64,000 nucleotides of DNA, taken from the NCBI GenBank assembly GCA_963812155.1, contig CAWETW010000002.1, positions 128,001-192,000 on the forward strand. The letters are read 5' to 3'. Within the stretch, counting starts at the first letter, position 1; each line of letters begins with the position of its first letter. The position numbers and the translations under genes are program-made. The DNA is from Vulcanimicrobiota bacterium. GTDB taxonomy: Bacteria; Vulcanimicrobiota; Vulcanimicrobiia; Vulcanimicrobiales; Vulcanimicrobiaceae. Positions 40,578 to 52,794 of this stretch are shown here, piece by piece. The notes under the pieces were generated by a model. The model had not been told where the DNA came from. It made no database searches and saw nothing but the letters and a program-made list of their open reading frames with translations.

Positions 40578-42284
40578 ATGGACTGGCTCGTAGCGACTCT
40601 CAAGCAATATCCGGAGATCGCGCTCTTCTTATCGCTCGGCATCGGTTACTGGGTCGGCGGCAAGAGTTTCAAGGGATTCAGCCTCGGCGCCGTCACGGCG
40701 ACGCTGCTTGCCGCGATCGCACTCGGGCAGCTCGGCATCAAGATCTCCGGCGACGTCAAATCCACGTTCTTCCTGATCTTCCTCTTTGCGATCGGTTACG
40801 GCGTCGGACCGCAGTTCATCAGAGGCATCACGAAGGACGGCATTCCGCAAGCGGTCTACGCTGCGATCGTCTGCGTATTCTGTCTGGGCGCATGCGTCAT
40901 CGTTGGGAAAGCCGCAGGTTACGATGCCGGAGCCGCGGCGGGCCTTTTTGCGGGATCTCAAACGATTTCGGCGTCGATGGGGCTGGCGACCGATGCGATC
41001 AACCGGCTCGCGCTCACGCCCGATAAGACGAAGGCGATGCTCGATATCATGCCGACGGCCTATGCCGTCACGTACATTTTCGGCACGGTTGGATCCGCCA
41101 TCGTCATCGCGATGCTCGGACCGATTCTGCTGCGCATCAATCCTCGCAAGGCCTGCAAGGAGTACGAGGCGTTGCATGGCGGCAAACGCGAGTTCGGCGG
41201 CCTCGGCGACGCGTGGCAGGCGTACGACGTGCGCGCTTTCTTGATTGCACCCGACGCGCAAGTCGTCGGCAAGACGGTGAGCGAGACCGAAGCGCTGCTC
41301 ACGGAGGCGACGAAGGCGCTGGGGAACCAGATGTACGTCTTGGCAGTGCGTCGAGGCGGAACGATCTCCGAAGCGACGAGCGACCTCGTTTTGCAGGCCG
41401 GAGACGTCGTATCCGTCGTCGGAGAACGAGATCAGGTGATCGCGCTGCTCGGCTACGCCAGCAAAGAGGTCGACGATCCCGAGCTGATCTCCGCGCCGAT
41501 CGAGGGCGTCGACGTCTACGTCACCAGCAAAGAGGCTGACGGAAAGACGTTGGCAGAACTTGGGGGCCTTCCGGGCGCGCGCGGTGTCTACGTCCGGCGA
41601 ATCAAACGCGGATTTACCGAGACGCCGATTCCCGTGCTCGGCGATACCAAGCTCTATCGAGGCGACGTCGTGACGTTGGTCGGGCGCACGCAGGACACGG
41701 CCGTCGCGGCCGCGGCACTGGGTGTCGTCGATCGCGCCACCGACGTCACCGATGTGGCGTTCATCGGCATCGCGATCACGATCGGCGCGCTGATCGGGGC
41801 GGTCGTCCTGAAAATCGGCGGGGTTCCGATTACGCTCTCGACGGCCGGCGGTGCGCTGATCTTAGGCATCGTCGCAGGATGGTACCGCGCGGTCCGCCCG
41901 ACCTTCGGCCGCATTCCGACGCCGACGTTGTGGTTCATGAACTCCGTCGGCCTCAACATGTTCATCGCGGTCATCGGTCTCACCGCCGGCCCCAAATTCG
42001 TCGCGGGTCTGCAGCAGCTGGGCTTCGGCCTCTTCTTGTGGGGCGTCGTCGCGACGACCGTGCCGCTGATCCTTGGCATGTATCTCGCAAAATACGTCTT
42101 CCGCTTCCACGACGCCATTACGCTCGGCGCGATTTCCGGAGCAAGAACGACGACGGCCTCGCTCGGGATGGTCTGCGACGCCGCGCAAAGCCAGGTCCCC
42201 GGACTCGGCTACACCGTTACCTATGCGGTCGGCAATACGCTACTCACGATTTGGGGCATGTTCATGGTCATGCTCGTGAAATGA
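40578..42284 (+). CDS. aspT: Second AspT/YidE family antiporter paralog
   Basis: [13 protein letters not shown], TrkA-C domains, [18 protein letters not shown]; substrate uncertain. Confidence 0.88.
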   Translation: MDWLVATLKQYPEIALFLSLGIGYWVGGKSFKGFSLGAVTATLLAAIALGQLGIKISGDVKSTFFLIFLFAIGYGVGPQFIRGITKDGIPQAVYAAIVCVFCLGACVIVGKAAGYDAGAAAGLFAGSQTISASMGLATDAINRLALTPDKTKAMLDIMPTAYAVTYIFGTVGSAIVIAMLGPILLRINPRKACKEYEALHGGKREFGGLGDAWQAYDVRAFLIAPDAQVVGKTVSETEALLTEATKALGNQMYVLAVRRGGTISEATSDLVLQAGDVVSVVGERDQVIALLGYASKEVDDPELISAPIEGVDVYVTSKEADGKTLAELGGLPGARGVYVRRIKRGFTETPIPVLGDTKLYRGDVVTLVGRTQDTAVAAAALGVVDRATDVTDVAFIGIAITIGALIGAVVLKIGGVPITLSTAGGALILGIVAGWYRAVRPTFGRIPTPTLWFMNSVGLNMFIAVIGLTAGPKFVAGLQQLGFGLFLWGVVATTVPLILGMYLAKYVFRFHDAITLGAISGARTTTASLGMVCDAAQSQVPGLGYTVTYAVGNTLLTIWGMFMVMLVK

Positions 42285-42335
42285 CCGTGCGCAATTCATT
42301 TCTGCATCTAGTTCTGGTCATGCTGGGACGTTGAC

Positions 42336-45071
42336 ATGAGCAATCTGGAAAAAAACAAAAAAGGCCGGCGGGTAGACGTCTTCTTCGCAACCCCGGGAGC
42401 TCGAGAAGATCGTTGGCGCGATGTCGTCGATGCCGCCAAGAAGTGGGCTGCTGGGACCGGCAGCCGCGCGGAGTTCGAGTCGGCACTGAGCGAAGCAGCC
42501 GTGATCGAAGAGTTTCACGGCTATCCTGGGCCGAGCCTGATGGCGGCGCTACGCGATCGTGCCGAGAGCGATGATTCCACGGGGGCTTCCGCGCTCGCAT
42601 GGCGGATCGCTTCGGCGTTGCTCACGCGCTCGTTTAGGCAGCATGCGTCGGATTGGGATCCGCATGCTGATATCTCGAGCACCGTCCCCGACGTATTGCC
42701 GCCGACGCTAGGGCGGCCCGCGGCCGCGCCTCCGTATTTCGAAGTTCTCATCGTCACGGGAGCGCCGATCGAACGATGGGCGTCGATCGCGGCGGAGTGG
42801 CGCCGGCTGCGCCGTCCTCAAGACGAGTTCGTCTACGAGCCGGTCGTCGTCGGCACCGCCGAGGATGCAGTCTGCGCAACAATGTTGAACGCGGACCTCG
42901 CGGCCGTGGTGATCCACGAGGGTTTTGGATATCGCTCGCGACACGACGCCCCGGTCTTGCGCGGCATCGTCGATCCCGTCGCGAAGGAAGAGCTTTCGGA
43001 CGGATCCGCGCTACGCTTGGCGCGGGTCATTCATCAGGCGCGACCCGAGCTCGATCTCTACCTGCTTTCGGATCGACGCGTCGAGGAGATCGCCGGCGAT
43101 CCGGCAGCCGACATCGTGCGGCGCGTCTTCTACGCCGTCGAGGAGCTGCTCGAACTGCACCTGGCGATACTCGAAGGCGTTGCCGCGCGCTATGAGACGC
43201 CGTTCTTCGATAACTTGAAGAAGTATGCGGAACGCCCGATCACGACGTTTCACGCTCTCCCGATCGCCCGCGGCGCGTCGATTTTCAAGTCGGACTGGAT
43301 CCGGGACATGGGCGAGTTTTACGGCCCGAACCTGTTCCTCGCCGAGAGCAGCGCAACGACCGGCGGTCTCGACAGCATGCTCGAGCCGACGGGCACCATC
43401 AAGCGCGCTCAAGAGATGACGGCTCGCGCGTTCGGCGCCGAGCGCGTATTCTTCGTCACCAACGGGACATCGACCAGCAACAAGATGGTCGTGCAGGCGT
43501 TGCTGTCGCCCGGCGACATCGCGATCGTCGACCGTAACTGCCACAAGTCCCATCACTACGGGATGGTGCTAGCCGGAGCGCAGCCGCTGTACGTCGAGGC
43601 CTTCCCTCTGACCGATTACTCGATGTACGGCGCGGTGCCGCTGCGCACGATTAAACAGGCGCTCCTTACGGCAAAACGCGAGGGGCGGCTCGATCGCGTC
43701 AAGATGGTCGATCTAACCAACTGCACGTTTGACGGCCACATCTACAACACGCGCCAAGTTATGGAAGAGTGTCTGGCGATCAAACCGGACTTGATCTTCC
43801 TGTGGGACGAGGCGTGGTTCGGGTTCGCGCGCTGGTCGCCGTTCCTGCGCCCGCGCACGGGGATGGGCGCCGCAGCCGACATCGAGGAGTGGCTGCGCGA
43901 CCCGGCGAGCGTCGCCGCCTACGAGCGACAGCTCGCCGAGTTGGGGAAGGATCCGTCCGACGAAAAACTGCTCGATACGCGGCTGCTGCCGGATCCCCGC
44001 AAAGTACGGCTTCGCGTCTACCAGACCAACTCCACGCACAAGTCGATGTCGGCGTTGCGGCAAGGGTCGATGATCCTGGTGAAGGACGTGGAGTATCACA
44101 CCGTCGAGCAACAGTTCAAGGAAGCCGTGTTCACGCACGCTTCCACCAGTCCCAACCAGCAGCTGATCGCCAGCCTCGACGTTGCGCGGCGCCAGATGGA
44201 ACTCGAAGGCTTCGGCCTCGTCGCCAATGCGATCGAGATAGCGATGGCGATTCGCCGAGAGGTGAATCGGCATCCGCTGATTTCCAAGTACTTTCGTGTC
44301 GTCGGAGCGGAAGGGATGGTTCCTGCGGAGTACCGCCGGAGCGGCTTCACCGACTTCCTCGCAGCGGATTCGGACTGGGCCAAGATGCGCACGAGCATGC
44401 GGGACGACGAGTTCTGCCTCGATCCTACGCGGATGACGCTCGTTTGCGGCACGTCCGGCTACGACGGAACTCAGTTCAAGAATCTGCTGGCAAACGAGTA
44501 CAACATCCAGCTCAACAAGACGTCGCGCAACAGCGTCTTGCTGCAGTCGAACATCAACAACACGCGCAGCGACGTGGCGCACTTGATCCGGGTCCTCGTC
44601 CAGATAAGCCGTGAGATTGAAGAACGGCTCGCGTCCGGCGGCGAAGGCGAACGTACCGAGTTTGCGGCCCGCGTAAAAAGCTTGATGACGGACGTCCCGG
44701 ATCTGCCGAACTTCAGCTACTTTCACGAAGCGTTTCGACACGATGCGGGGGCCGGGACCAACGAAGGCGACATCCGAACCGGATTCTACGCCGCCTACGA
44801 TGTCGAAGGATGCGACCACATTCCGCTGCACGATAAGGAGATCGATCGCCGCTTGAAGGACGGGCCGCCGCTCGTATCGGCGAATTTCGTCATCCCGTAT
44901 CCGCCCGGCTTCCCGATCATGGTACCAGGCCAAGTCATCACGGCGGACACGATCGACTTCATGCGCAAGCTGGATGTGAAGGAGATTCACGGCTACAATG
45001 CGGCGCAGGGGTTGAAGCTCATTAGCTCCGCCGCGTTGGCGAAGCTCGACCGTCGTAAGGCGCACCGTTAG
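42336..45071 (+). CDS. Large PLP-dependent Orn/Lys/Arg-family amino-acid decarboxylase with N-terminal extension
   Basis: FFVTNGTSTSNK, DRNCHKSHH, NCTFDG, WDEAW, PLP Lys in STHK, STSPNQQ, PYPPGFP. Confidence 0.9.
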   Translation: MSNLEKNKKGRRVDVFFATPGAREDRWRDVVDAAKKWAAGTGSRAEFESALSEAAVIEEFHGYPGPSLMAALRDRAESDDSTGASALAWRIASALLTRSFRQHASDWDPHADISSTVPDVLPPTLGRPAAAPPYFEVLIVTGAPIERWASIAAEWRRLRRPQDEFVYEPVVVGTAEDAVCATMLNADLAAVVIHEGFGYRSRHDAPVLRGIVDPVAKEELSDGSALRLARVIHQARPELDLYLLSDRRVEEIAGDPAADIVRRVFYAVEELLELHLAILEGVAARYETPFFDNLKKYAERPITTFHALPIARGASIFKSDWIRDMGEFYGPNLFLAESSATTGGLDSMLEPTGTIKRAQEMTARAFGAERVFFVTNGTSTSNKMVVQALLSPGDIAIVDRNCHKSHHYGMVLAGAQPLYVEAFPLTDYSMYGAVPLRTIKQALLTAKREGRLDRVKMVDLTNCTFDGHIYNTRQVMEECLAIKPDLIFLWDEAWFGFARWSPFLRPRTGMGAAADIEEWLRDPASVAAYERQLAELGKDPSDEKLLDTRLLPDPRKVRLRVYQTNSTHKSMSALRQGSMILVKDVEYHTVEQQFKEAVFTHASTSPNQQLIASLDVARRQMELEGFGLVANAIEIAMAIRREVNRHPLISKYFRVVGAEGMVPAEYRRSGFTDFLAADSDWAKMRTSMRDDEFCLDPTRMTLVCGTSGYDGTQFKNLLANEYNIQLNKTSRNSVLLQSNINNTRSDVAHLIRVLVQISREIEERLASGGEGERTEFAARVKSLMTDVPDLPNFSYFHEAFRHDAGAGTNEGDIRTGFYAAYDVEGCDHIPLHDKEIDRRLKDGPPLVSANFVIPYPPGFPIMVPGQVITADTIDFMRKLDVKEIHGYNAAQGLKLISSAALAKLDRRKAHR

Positions 45072-45164
45072 GCGCAACGTGGCGCCTGAAAAGGAAGAGC
45101 TGGTCATGTCCTGATCTCTGCGACGTCATCTCAAATCGAGTACCACCGAATCTAACCGTCCTCC

Positions 45165-45854
45165 ATGAAAGAAGGATCACGAATGCAACGCTTGGCTATT
45201 TCGCTCTGCTGTGGACTCGCGCTCTTTGCGACGTCGGCGACGGCCGGCTTGGCCCAGCCCAACGTCTCGGGAACGTGGACGATTCAGCAGTCCGGATTGA
45301 ACGGCACTTCGACTTCGACCGTTACGCTGCACCAATCCGGCAACGGCATCGTCGGAACCAACGCCTCAAACGGAAACGGGTTCACGGGGGAGTTCGCCAC
45401 CAACGACCGGATCGACGCAAAGTGGCACGGTCCCGGCGGCGCGGGTTGGCTGACCGTCTACGTGACCGCAAACGGCCACAGCTTTAACGGCACGTGGGGC
45501 TATAACGGACGTCCTGCCAACGGCTCTTTTGTCGGAAACAAAGTTCTACCGCCGTCGCCGATCTCGGCGGCGGGCACCTGGCACGTTACCGGCGCGGGCG
45601 GTCAGACGAAATTCGTCGGAACGATGAAGTGTACGCAGTCGGGTCCAACCGTCGTCTGCCACGCCACCGATGTCACGTTCAACGGCAAGTTCGTCGCCAA
45701 GGACAAGGTCCGGGCAACGTGGACCGGCGGGGCCAAGTCGGGCTGGTTCTCGTTTTGGTTCAACGGCGACAACAATAGCTTCAATGGTATCTGGGGCAAC
45801 GGAACCGATATGAGTTCGGCGGTCGGCCGCGTCGTGGGTCAACGCTCGCTCTGA
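45165..45854 (+). CDS. Secreted protein with two tandem beta-barrel-like repeats
   Basis: Signal peptide; duplicated GTW...QSG...W.G...GW...SFNG.WG...VG. Confidence 0.75.
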   Translation: MKEGSRMQRLAISLCCGLALFATSATAGLAQPNVSGTWTIQQSGLNGTSTSTVTLHQSGNGIVGTNASNGNGFTGEFATNDRIDAKWHGPGGAGWLTVYVTANGHSFNGTWGYNGRPANGSFVGNKVLPPSPISAAGTWHVTGAGGQTKFVGTMKCTQSGPTVVCHATDVTFNGKFVAKDKVRATWTGGAKSGWFSFWFNGDNNSFNGIWGNGTDMSSAVGRVVGQRSL

Positions 45855-45902
45855 GTCCGAGCCACGGCTCGCCCGAGCTTGCATCGCGCGTGACGTAACG
45901 CA

Positions 45903-46703
45903 ATGGTCGATATTCTCGATCCAATTCCGACGTGGGCGCTCATGCTCGTATCGGTGCTCTTGATCCTCGCCGCAAACGAGGTTGGTTTCCGTCTTGGCCG
46001 AGGCAAGGGGCCGGGACTCGGCGCTCAGGATCCCGCCGCAATCGTGCAGGGAGCAGCGTTCACGGTTTTGGCGCTGCTTCTAGGGTTTTCGTTCGCACTC
46101 GCCCTTGGCCGGTATGACGCTCGGCGCGGCGCTCTCATGCGAGAGGCCAATGCCATCACTACGACGTGGCTGCGGTCGCAACTCCTCGATCCAGCGGACG
46201 CGCGGGCCGTGGGCGCCGATCTTCGCATCTACGTTGCGCAACGCATTGCATTTGCGCGAGCCGAGGCCGACCCCATTCTACGGGCAACCGCCGACGAGAA
46301 GTCGAGGGCGATCCAGCGCAAGCTTTGGCTAGCGACGCTGCAAATCGCGCATCGCGACCCGCATTCCACCATCGTGCCGCTCTTCATCGCGGCGCTCAAC
46401 GATGCCATCAATCTGAGCACCGAGGAACGCGCCGTCCTCACCACTCACATTCCGGACGTCGTAACGATCGGACTGCTATTAATCGCCTTCATCGCAGCGG
46501 CAATGATGGGCTATCGCTTGGGGCGCCAAGGGGAGCGTGCGACGATCTTCAAGGCGTGCTATGCCGTCATGCTGGCCATCACGCTCGGTTTGGTTCTCGA
46601 TTTGGACCGCCCGCAGCGCGGCCTGATCCGAGTCAATCTGACGCCGTTGCAGACCGTCCAAGGCGCCATCGAGGGAACGGCCGCGCAGCCCACTCCACCG
46701 TAA
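45903..46703 (+). CDS. DUF4239/bestrophin-like membrane protein
   Basis: LLLGFSF...RYDARR...EANAI, LDLDRPQRGLIRV. Confidence 0.8.
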   Translation: MVDILDPIPTWALMLVSVLLILAANEVGFRLGRGKGPGLGAQDPAAIVQGAAFTVLALLLGFSFALALGRYDARRGALMREANAITTTWLRSQLLDPADARAVGADLRIYVAQRIAFARAEADPILRATADEKSRAIQRKLWLATLQIAHRDPHSTIVPLFIAALNDAINLSTEERAVLTTHIPDVVTIGLLLIAFIAAAMMGYRLGRQGERATIFKACYAVMLAITLGLVLDLDRPQRGLIRVNLTPLQTVQGAIEGTAAQPTPP

Positions 46704-46719
46704 CGTTCTAACGTTACGG
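46698..46719. terminator. Perfect inverted repeat between a convergent CDS and the tRNA
   Basis: CCGTAACGTT-CT-AACGTTACGG. Confidence 0.6.
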
Positions 46720-46723
46720 CTCG

Positions 46724-46798
46724 TGGTGGGCCTGGTAGGATTCGAACCTACGCGCAACCAGTTATGAGCCGGCCGCTCTACCGCTGAGCTACAGGCCC
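46724..46798 (-). tRNA. tRNA with CAU anticodon, most likely tRNA-Ile2
   Basis: GGGCCTG acceptor stem, TAGCTCAGCGGTAGAGC D arm, CTCATAA loop, GGTTCGAATCC T arm, encoded CCA; G1-C72 excludes the initiator. Confidence 0.9.
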
Positions 46799-46851
46799 GG
46801 TAGACGCGCAACGGTTACACGATACGCCGCGGCAAGGCGCGCGTCCCCGTG

Positions 46852-47172
46852 CTACGAGCCGGGCGGATGAAAGGATACGTGCTCGCGAATCGCGCGATCG
46901 ACGTCCTCGACGGTCATCAGCGGCGTCATCCCGCTCGCGATTGCGCCCGACGCCCGGACCGTCATCGCAATCGCCAGCGCGGTATCGGCACTCGGAACGT
47001 CGATAATCAGGATCGCGTCGTCGGTCCCGAACATGAAGTAGAACGCTTCGAGCGTTCCCCCCAGCGATGCGAGCAGCGCTTCGACGGCTTTCTTTCGTCC
47101 GGAGCCGCCGTCTTTGAGCACGCCCTTCGCGCCTTCGGGCGTGTATTGTGCTTGAACCAAGAATTTCGGCAT
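46852..47172 (-). CDS. GYD domain protein
   Basis: YTPEGAKG, LGGTLEAFYFMFGTDD, TPLMTVED; GGAGG RBS. Confidence 0.85.
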   Translation of the reverse strand: MPKFLVQAQYTPEGAKGVLKDGGSGRKKAVEALLASLGGTLEAFYFMFGTDDAILIIDVPSADTALAIAMTVRASGAIASGMTPLMTVEDVDRAIREHVSFHPPGS

Positions 47173-47298
47173 AAGGACCTCCGTGCACGGATGCTACGCC
47201 GAACTTCACCGCCGTCCCGTTTTCGACGGCAAAGGACTCCCGCGAGCGTGGCCCTGAATAGCCGCCTCAGCGATCAACGCCTTCACGAAGGAGGTCTC

Positions 47299-47769
47299 GT
47301 GGCCATTCGAATCGGCGCTCTTGCGTTTGCGCTCGCGCTCGTGCCTGCGGCCGTCGCGGCCGCTCAAAGTCCGCCGCCACCCGCGCCGATTTTGCAGCTT
47401 GCGAACGCGGTGATCCACGCTGCGAACACCGACGATGCCTCCGCGCTCTCCGCCCTCTACAGCGGCGACGCGGTCGTCGTCGACGAGAATCCGCCGTTTC
47501 GCTGGCGCGGCGCCGGCGCGGGCGTCGCCTGGTGGCATTCCGTCGAAGCGGTCACGCGAAAGGCGAAGTTACTGCACCTCAAGTCGGTCAACGTTCGTCT
47601 TGGCGAGTTCAAGCAATCTGCAACCAATGCATATCTCGTCCAGGCCATGACGGTAACGGGCATCATGGCGGGCAAGCCGTTCGCCGAAGCCGGAACGATG
47701 ACGTACACCTTCCACGCGACGGGCGGAAAATGGCTGATTTCCAGCATGGTGTGGACGACGAAGCCTTAG
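47299..47769 (+). CDS. Secreted SnoaL/NTF2-like protein
   Basis: AAGGAGG RBS then GTG; signal peptide; LYSGDAVVVDENPPF, GKWLI. Confidence 0.75.
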   Translation: MAIRIGALAFALALVPAAVAAAQSPPPPAPILQLANAVIHAANTDDASALSALYSGDAVVVDENPPFRWRGAGAGVAWWHSVEAVTRKAKLLHLKSVNVRLGEFKQSATNAYLVQAMTVTGIMAGKPFAEAGTMTYTFHATGGKWLISSMVWTTKP

Positions 47770-47787
47770 GAGCATCGTTGTAACGCC

Positions 47788-48294
47788 GTGCCGGAATTTC
47801 GTTCGCTCTTTGAAACGCCCATCGGCACAATCGAGCTTGCCGTGAATGACGAGTGCTCGCTGACCGAGATTCTGCTCCCTAATCGCGGCCCATTCGCGCC
47901 CTCGCCGCAGCCGTCGTCGCCGGCGGCAGCGCGAACGATGCGTGTGGTGAAACGGCAACTCGAAGAATACTTTACGGGCAGGCGAACGATTTTCGATCTG
48001 CCGCTGCAGTTTTCCGGGTCGCCGTTCGAACGCCGCGTGTGGACGACGCTGCTCGAAATACCGTTCGGCGTTACGACATCGTACGGTGCGATCGCAACGG
48101 AGCTCGGTCTGATCAACGGGGCGCGCGCCGTAGGCCGCGCCAATGGTGCGAATCCCATACCCATCGTGATCCCATGCCATCGCGTGATCGGATCGGATGG
48201 TCGTCTGACCGGCTACGGAGGCGGCTTGCCCCTGAAACGCGCGTTGCTCGAACTCGAAGGAGCGCTCGCATCGCCGGAACTGCCTTTGCTTTAG
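47788..48294 (+). CDS. ogt: Methylated-DNA--protein-cysteine methyltransferase
   Basis: ARAVGRANGANPIPIVIPCHRVIG, GYGGG. Confidence 0.95.
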   Translation: MPEFRSLFETPIGTIELAVNDECSLTEILLPNRGPFAPSPQPSSPAAARTMRVVKRQLEEYFTGRRTIFDLPLQFSGSPFERRVWTTLLEIPFGVTTSYGAIATELGLINGARAVGRANGANPIPIVIPCHRVIGSDGRLTGYGGGLPLKRALLELEGALASPELPLL

Positions 48295-48328
48295 ATTCGC
48301 AAGGCGGTACGTTCGCGCTTAGGCGGCC

Positions 48329-49993
48329 TTAGTGCGCCAGCACTTGGTGCACGAAGGAGATGGCGATGGAGCCTTCGCCGACCGCCGAAGCGACGCGTTT
48401 GACGCTGCCGCCGCGAACGTCCCCCACTGCAAACACCGCCGGCAAACTCGTTTCGAGCAGAAACGGCGGCCGCGCAAGCTTCCATCCAGCGGCGGACAAG
48501 TCGTCGGCGTTCAGCTCGGGACCGGTCTTGACGAAGCCCTTTTCATCCAACGTCAGACAGCCGTCGAGCCAGGCGCTGTTCGGCTCGGCACCGGTCATGA
48601 GAAATACGTGGGGGATGTTGCGTTCCTCGGTTGCACCGGTTTGATTGTTGCGCCAGCGAACGCGCTCGAGCCGATCGCTGCCCAGCAGCTCAACGACTTC
48701 CGTATGCGTAAGGAGTTCGATGTTCGGCGTCAGCTCGATGCGTCGGCTGAGGTAGCGCGACATGCTTTGCGCGAGACCGTTCGACCGCACCAGCAGGTAA
48801 ACGCGCTTGGCGGTCGCGGCCAGAAACACCGCGGCCTGCCCGGCTGAATTGCCGCCCCCGACGATGACCACCTCGTCGCCGGCGCAGAGTTGCGATTCGA
48901 CGAACGTCGCGCCGTAGTAGACGCCTCTGCCTTCAAACTGCTCGAGGTTTTCCAACGCGGGTTTGCGATACTGCACGCCGCTCGCGATCACGATCGAACG
49001 TGCCCGAATCTCGCCGCCGCTTTCCAGCTGCACGCGATACGGATGGCGTTCGCAGTGCAAGCGCAACGCGCGGTCGATCAACACTTGCGCACCGAATCGT
49101 TCCGCTTGGGTGTAGGCCCGCCCCGCCAGTTCCTGTCCGGAAACGCCGGCGGGGAAGCCGAGATAGTTTTCGATGCGCGACGTCGACCCGGCTTGCCCGC
49201 CCGGCGCATTGGTCTCGATCACGAGCACGTCGAGCCCCTCGGACGCGCCATAGACTGCGGCCGCAAGTCCCGACGGGCCGGCACCGATGACGACGACGTC
49301 GCGAACGTGCCTCCGATCGATCGACTCGTTGAAGCCCAAACACTCGGCCACCTCGCGGTTTGACGGGTTTCGCAAAACGTTTTTTCCCCGGCAAATGACG
49401 ACCGGTATCTCGTGCGCGGCGACGTGGAACCCACGCATCAGCTGCTCGACTTCCACATCGCCCTCGAGGTCCATATACGCGTACGGATGGCCGTTGCGCA
49501 TGAGAAACTCTTTGAGCCGCCAAGTGTCTGCGGAATGCGCGGATCCGACTAAGACGACGTCGCCGATGCCGGCGGTGACGAAGGCAACGCGCCGAAGGAT
49601 GAACGCGCGCATCACGAGCTCGCCGATTTCCGCATCGGTTTGTACGAGCGCCATCATCGTCTTCCGGTCGAGCTCGACGAGCTCGCCGTCCGTGGCGGCC
49701 TGGATACGGAACATCGCACGCCGGCCTGAGAGCGTGTTGATCTCACCGTTGAACTGGCCGCGCCCCTTTAATGTGACGATTCGTTTCTCGAGATCCGTCG
49801 GACGCACCGCTTCGAGTTCGCCGGAGAGGATGACGAAAAACGGCAACGCCGCGTCCCCTTGCTCGATGAGTACTTCACCGGCGGTGACGCGGCGTCGCGT
49901 GCCATGGCTATCCAGCCTCGCGATTTGCGCCTCGGAAAGCGTCGGGAAGATGTCTTCCCGCGCAGCGAGGAGGGGAAGCTCCGAACTGCTCAT
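48329..49993 (-). CDS. cNMP-binding domain + thioredoxin-reductase-like FAD oxidoreductase
   Basis: N-terminal CNB domain; GAGPSG, IENYLGFP, GGGNSAGQAA, GDVR...KRVASAVGEG; CxxC replaced by GATFVE. Confidence 0.9.
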   Translation of the reverse strand: MSSSELPLLAAREDIFPTLSEAQIARLDSHGTRRRVTAGEVLIEQGDAALPFFVILSGELEAVRPTDLEKRIVTLKGRGQFNGEINTLSGRRAMFRIQAATDGELVELDRKTMMALVQTDAEIGELVMRAFILRRVAFVTAGIGDVVLVGSAHSADTWRLKEFLMRNGHPYAYMDLEGDVEVEQLMRGFHVAAHEIPVVICRGKNVLRNPSNREVAECLGFNESIDRRHVRDVVVIGAGPSGLAAAVYGASEGLDVLVIETNAPGGQAGSTSRIENYLGFPAGVSGQELAGRAYTQAERFGAQVLIDRALRLHCERHPYRVQLESGGEIRARSIVIASGVQYRKPALENLEQFEGRGVYYGATFVESQLCAGDEVVIVGGGNSAGQAAVFLAATAKRVYLLVRSNGLAQSMSRYLSRRIELTPNIELLTHTEVVELLGSDRLERVRWRNNQTGATEERNIPHVFLMTGAEPNSAWLDGCLTLDEKGFVKTGPELNADDLSAAGWKLARPPFLLETSLPAVFAVGDVRGGSVKRVASAVGEGSIAISFVHQVLAH

Positions 49994-50023
49994 TTTTCGG
50001 CGCTTTGCCGCGCAGGCTCGATG

Positions 50024-52234
<2,211 letters not shown>

Positions 52235-52274
52235 CTACTATCTCTCCGATTGCGTGAAAGGAAGAAGGGAAGGC

Positions 52275-52346
52275 TTGACTCCCTTCTTGAAAGTGAATAT
52301 CATTCTCAGTATTGCTAAGAGTAGCGCCGCGGGCGCTTGGAGTCAA
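52275..52346. promoter_or_regulatory. Face-to-face sigma70 promoters for fur and katG with a Fur box
   Basis: + strand TTGACT(52275)-N17-TATCAT; - strand TTGACT(52346)-N17-TACTCT; 52289-52307 matches the 19-bp Fur consensus at 15 of 19 positions. Confidence 0.75.
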
Positions 52347-52356
52347 TAGGGCTACT

Positions 52357-52773
52357 ATGGCGTCGATCCTGCACACGAAGCTGCCAAAAAATTACCGGCT
52401 CATCTACGACATCGTCGAGGAGAGCGGGCTTGGCCGCCATCTGACGCCGACGCAGATCTACGCGAAGGCGCGCAGGCACCGGCCCGGCATCGGATTCTCG
52501 ACGGTGTATCGCGGCCTCGAGCGCTTGCGCGAGCTTGGACTGGTTTCGGAACTGCACGTCCCCGGTGCGGTCGCTGCAACGTTCGAGCCGGCCGGGCCGC
52601 GGCACGCCCATTTCCGGTGCAGCGAGTGCGGCGAAATCGAAGACGTCGAATACGCAATCCCGTCGCGCACGATTAAGGCGCTCGCACTGGAGCACGGTTT
52701 CGAGATCGATGGCGAGCGCGTGACCTTCGAAGGTCGCTGCGCGCCGTGCGGCGCACCCTCCGGCAAACGCTAG
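52357..52773 (+). CDS. fur: Fur/PerR family regulator
   Basis: IGFSTVYRGL, HAHFRCSECG, CAPC. Confidence 0.9.
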   Translation: MASILHTKLPKNYRLIYDIVEESGLGRHLTPTQIYAKARRHRPGIGFSTVYRGLERLRELGLVSELHVPGAVAATFEPAGPRHAHFRCSECGEIEDVEYAIPSRTIKALALEHGFEIDGERVTFEGRCAPCGAPSGKR

Positions 52774-52794
52774 CTCGCAAAACGGAGGCTTCGA

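Noticed and set aside
46724..46750. attL/attR duplication of the tRNA 3' end
   Set aside because: No second copy seen by eye and no integrase in the window.
46724..46798. Initiator tRNA-fMet
   Set aside because: Paired G1-C72 and no triple G-C anticodon stem; elongator Met is not fully excluded, but the sequence looks like Ile2.
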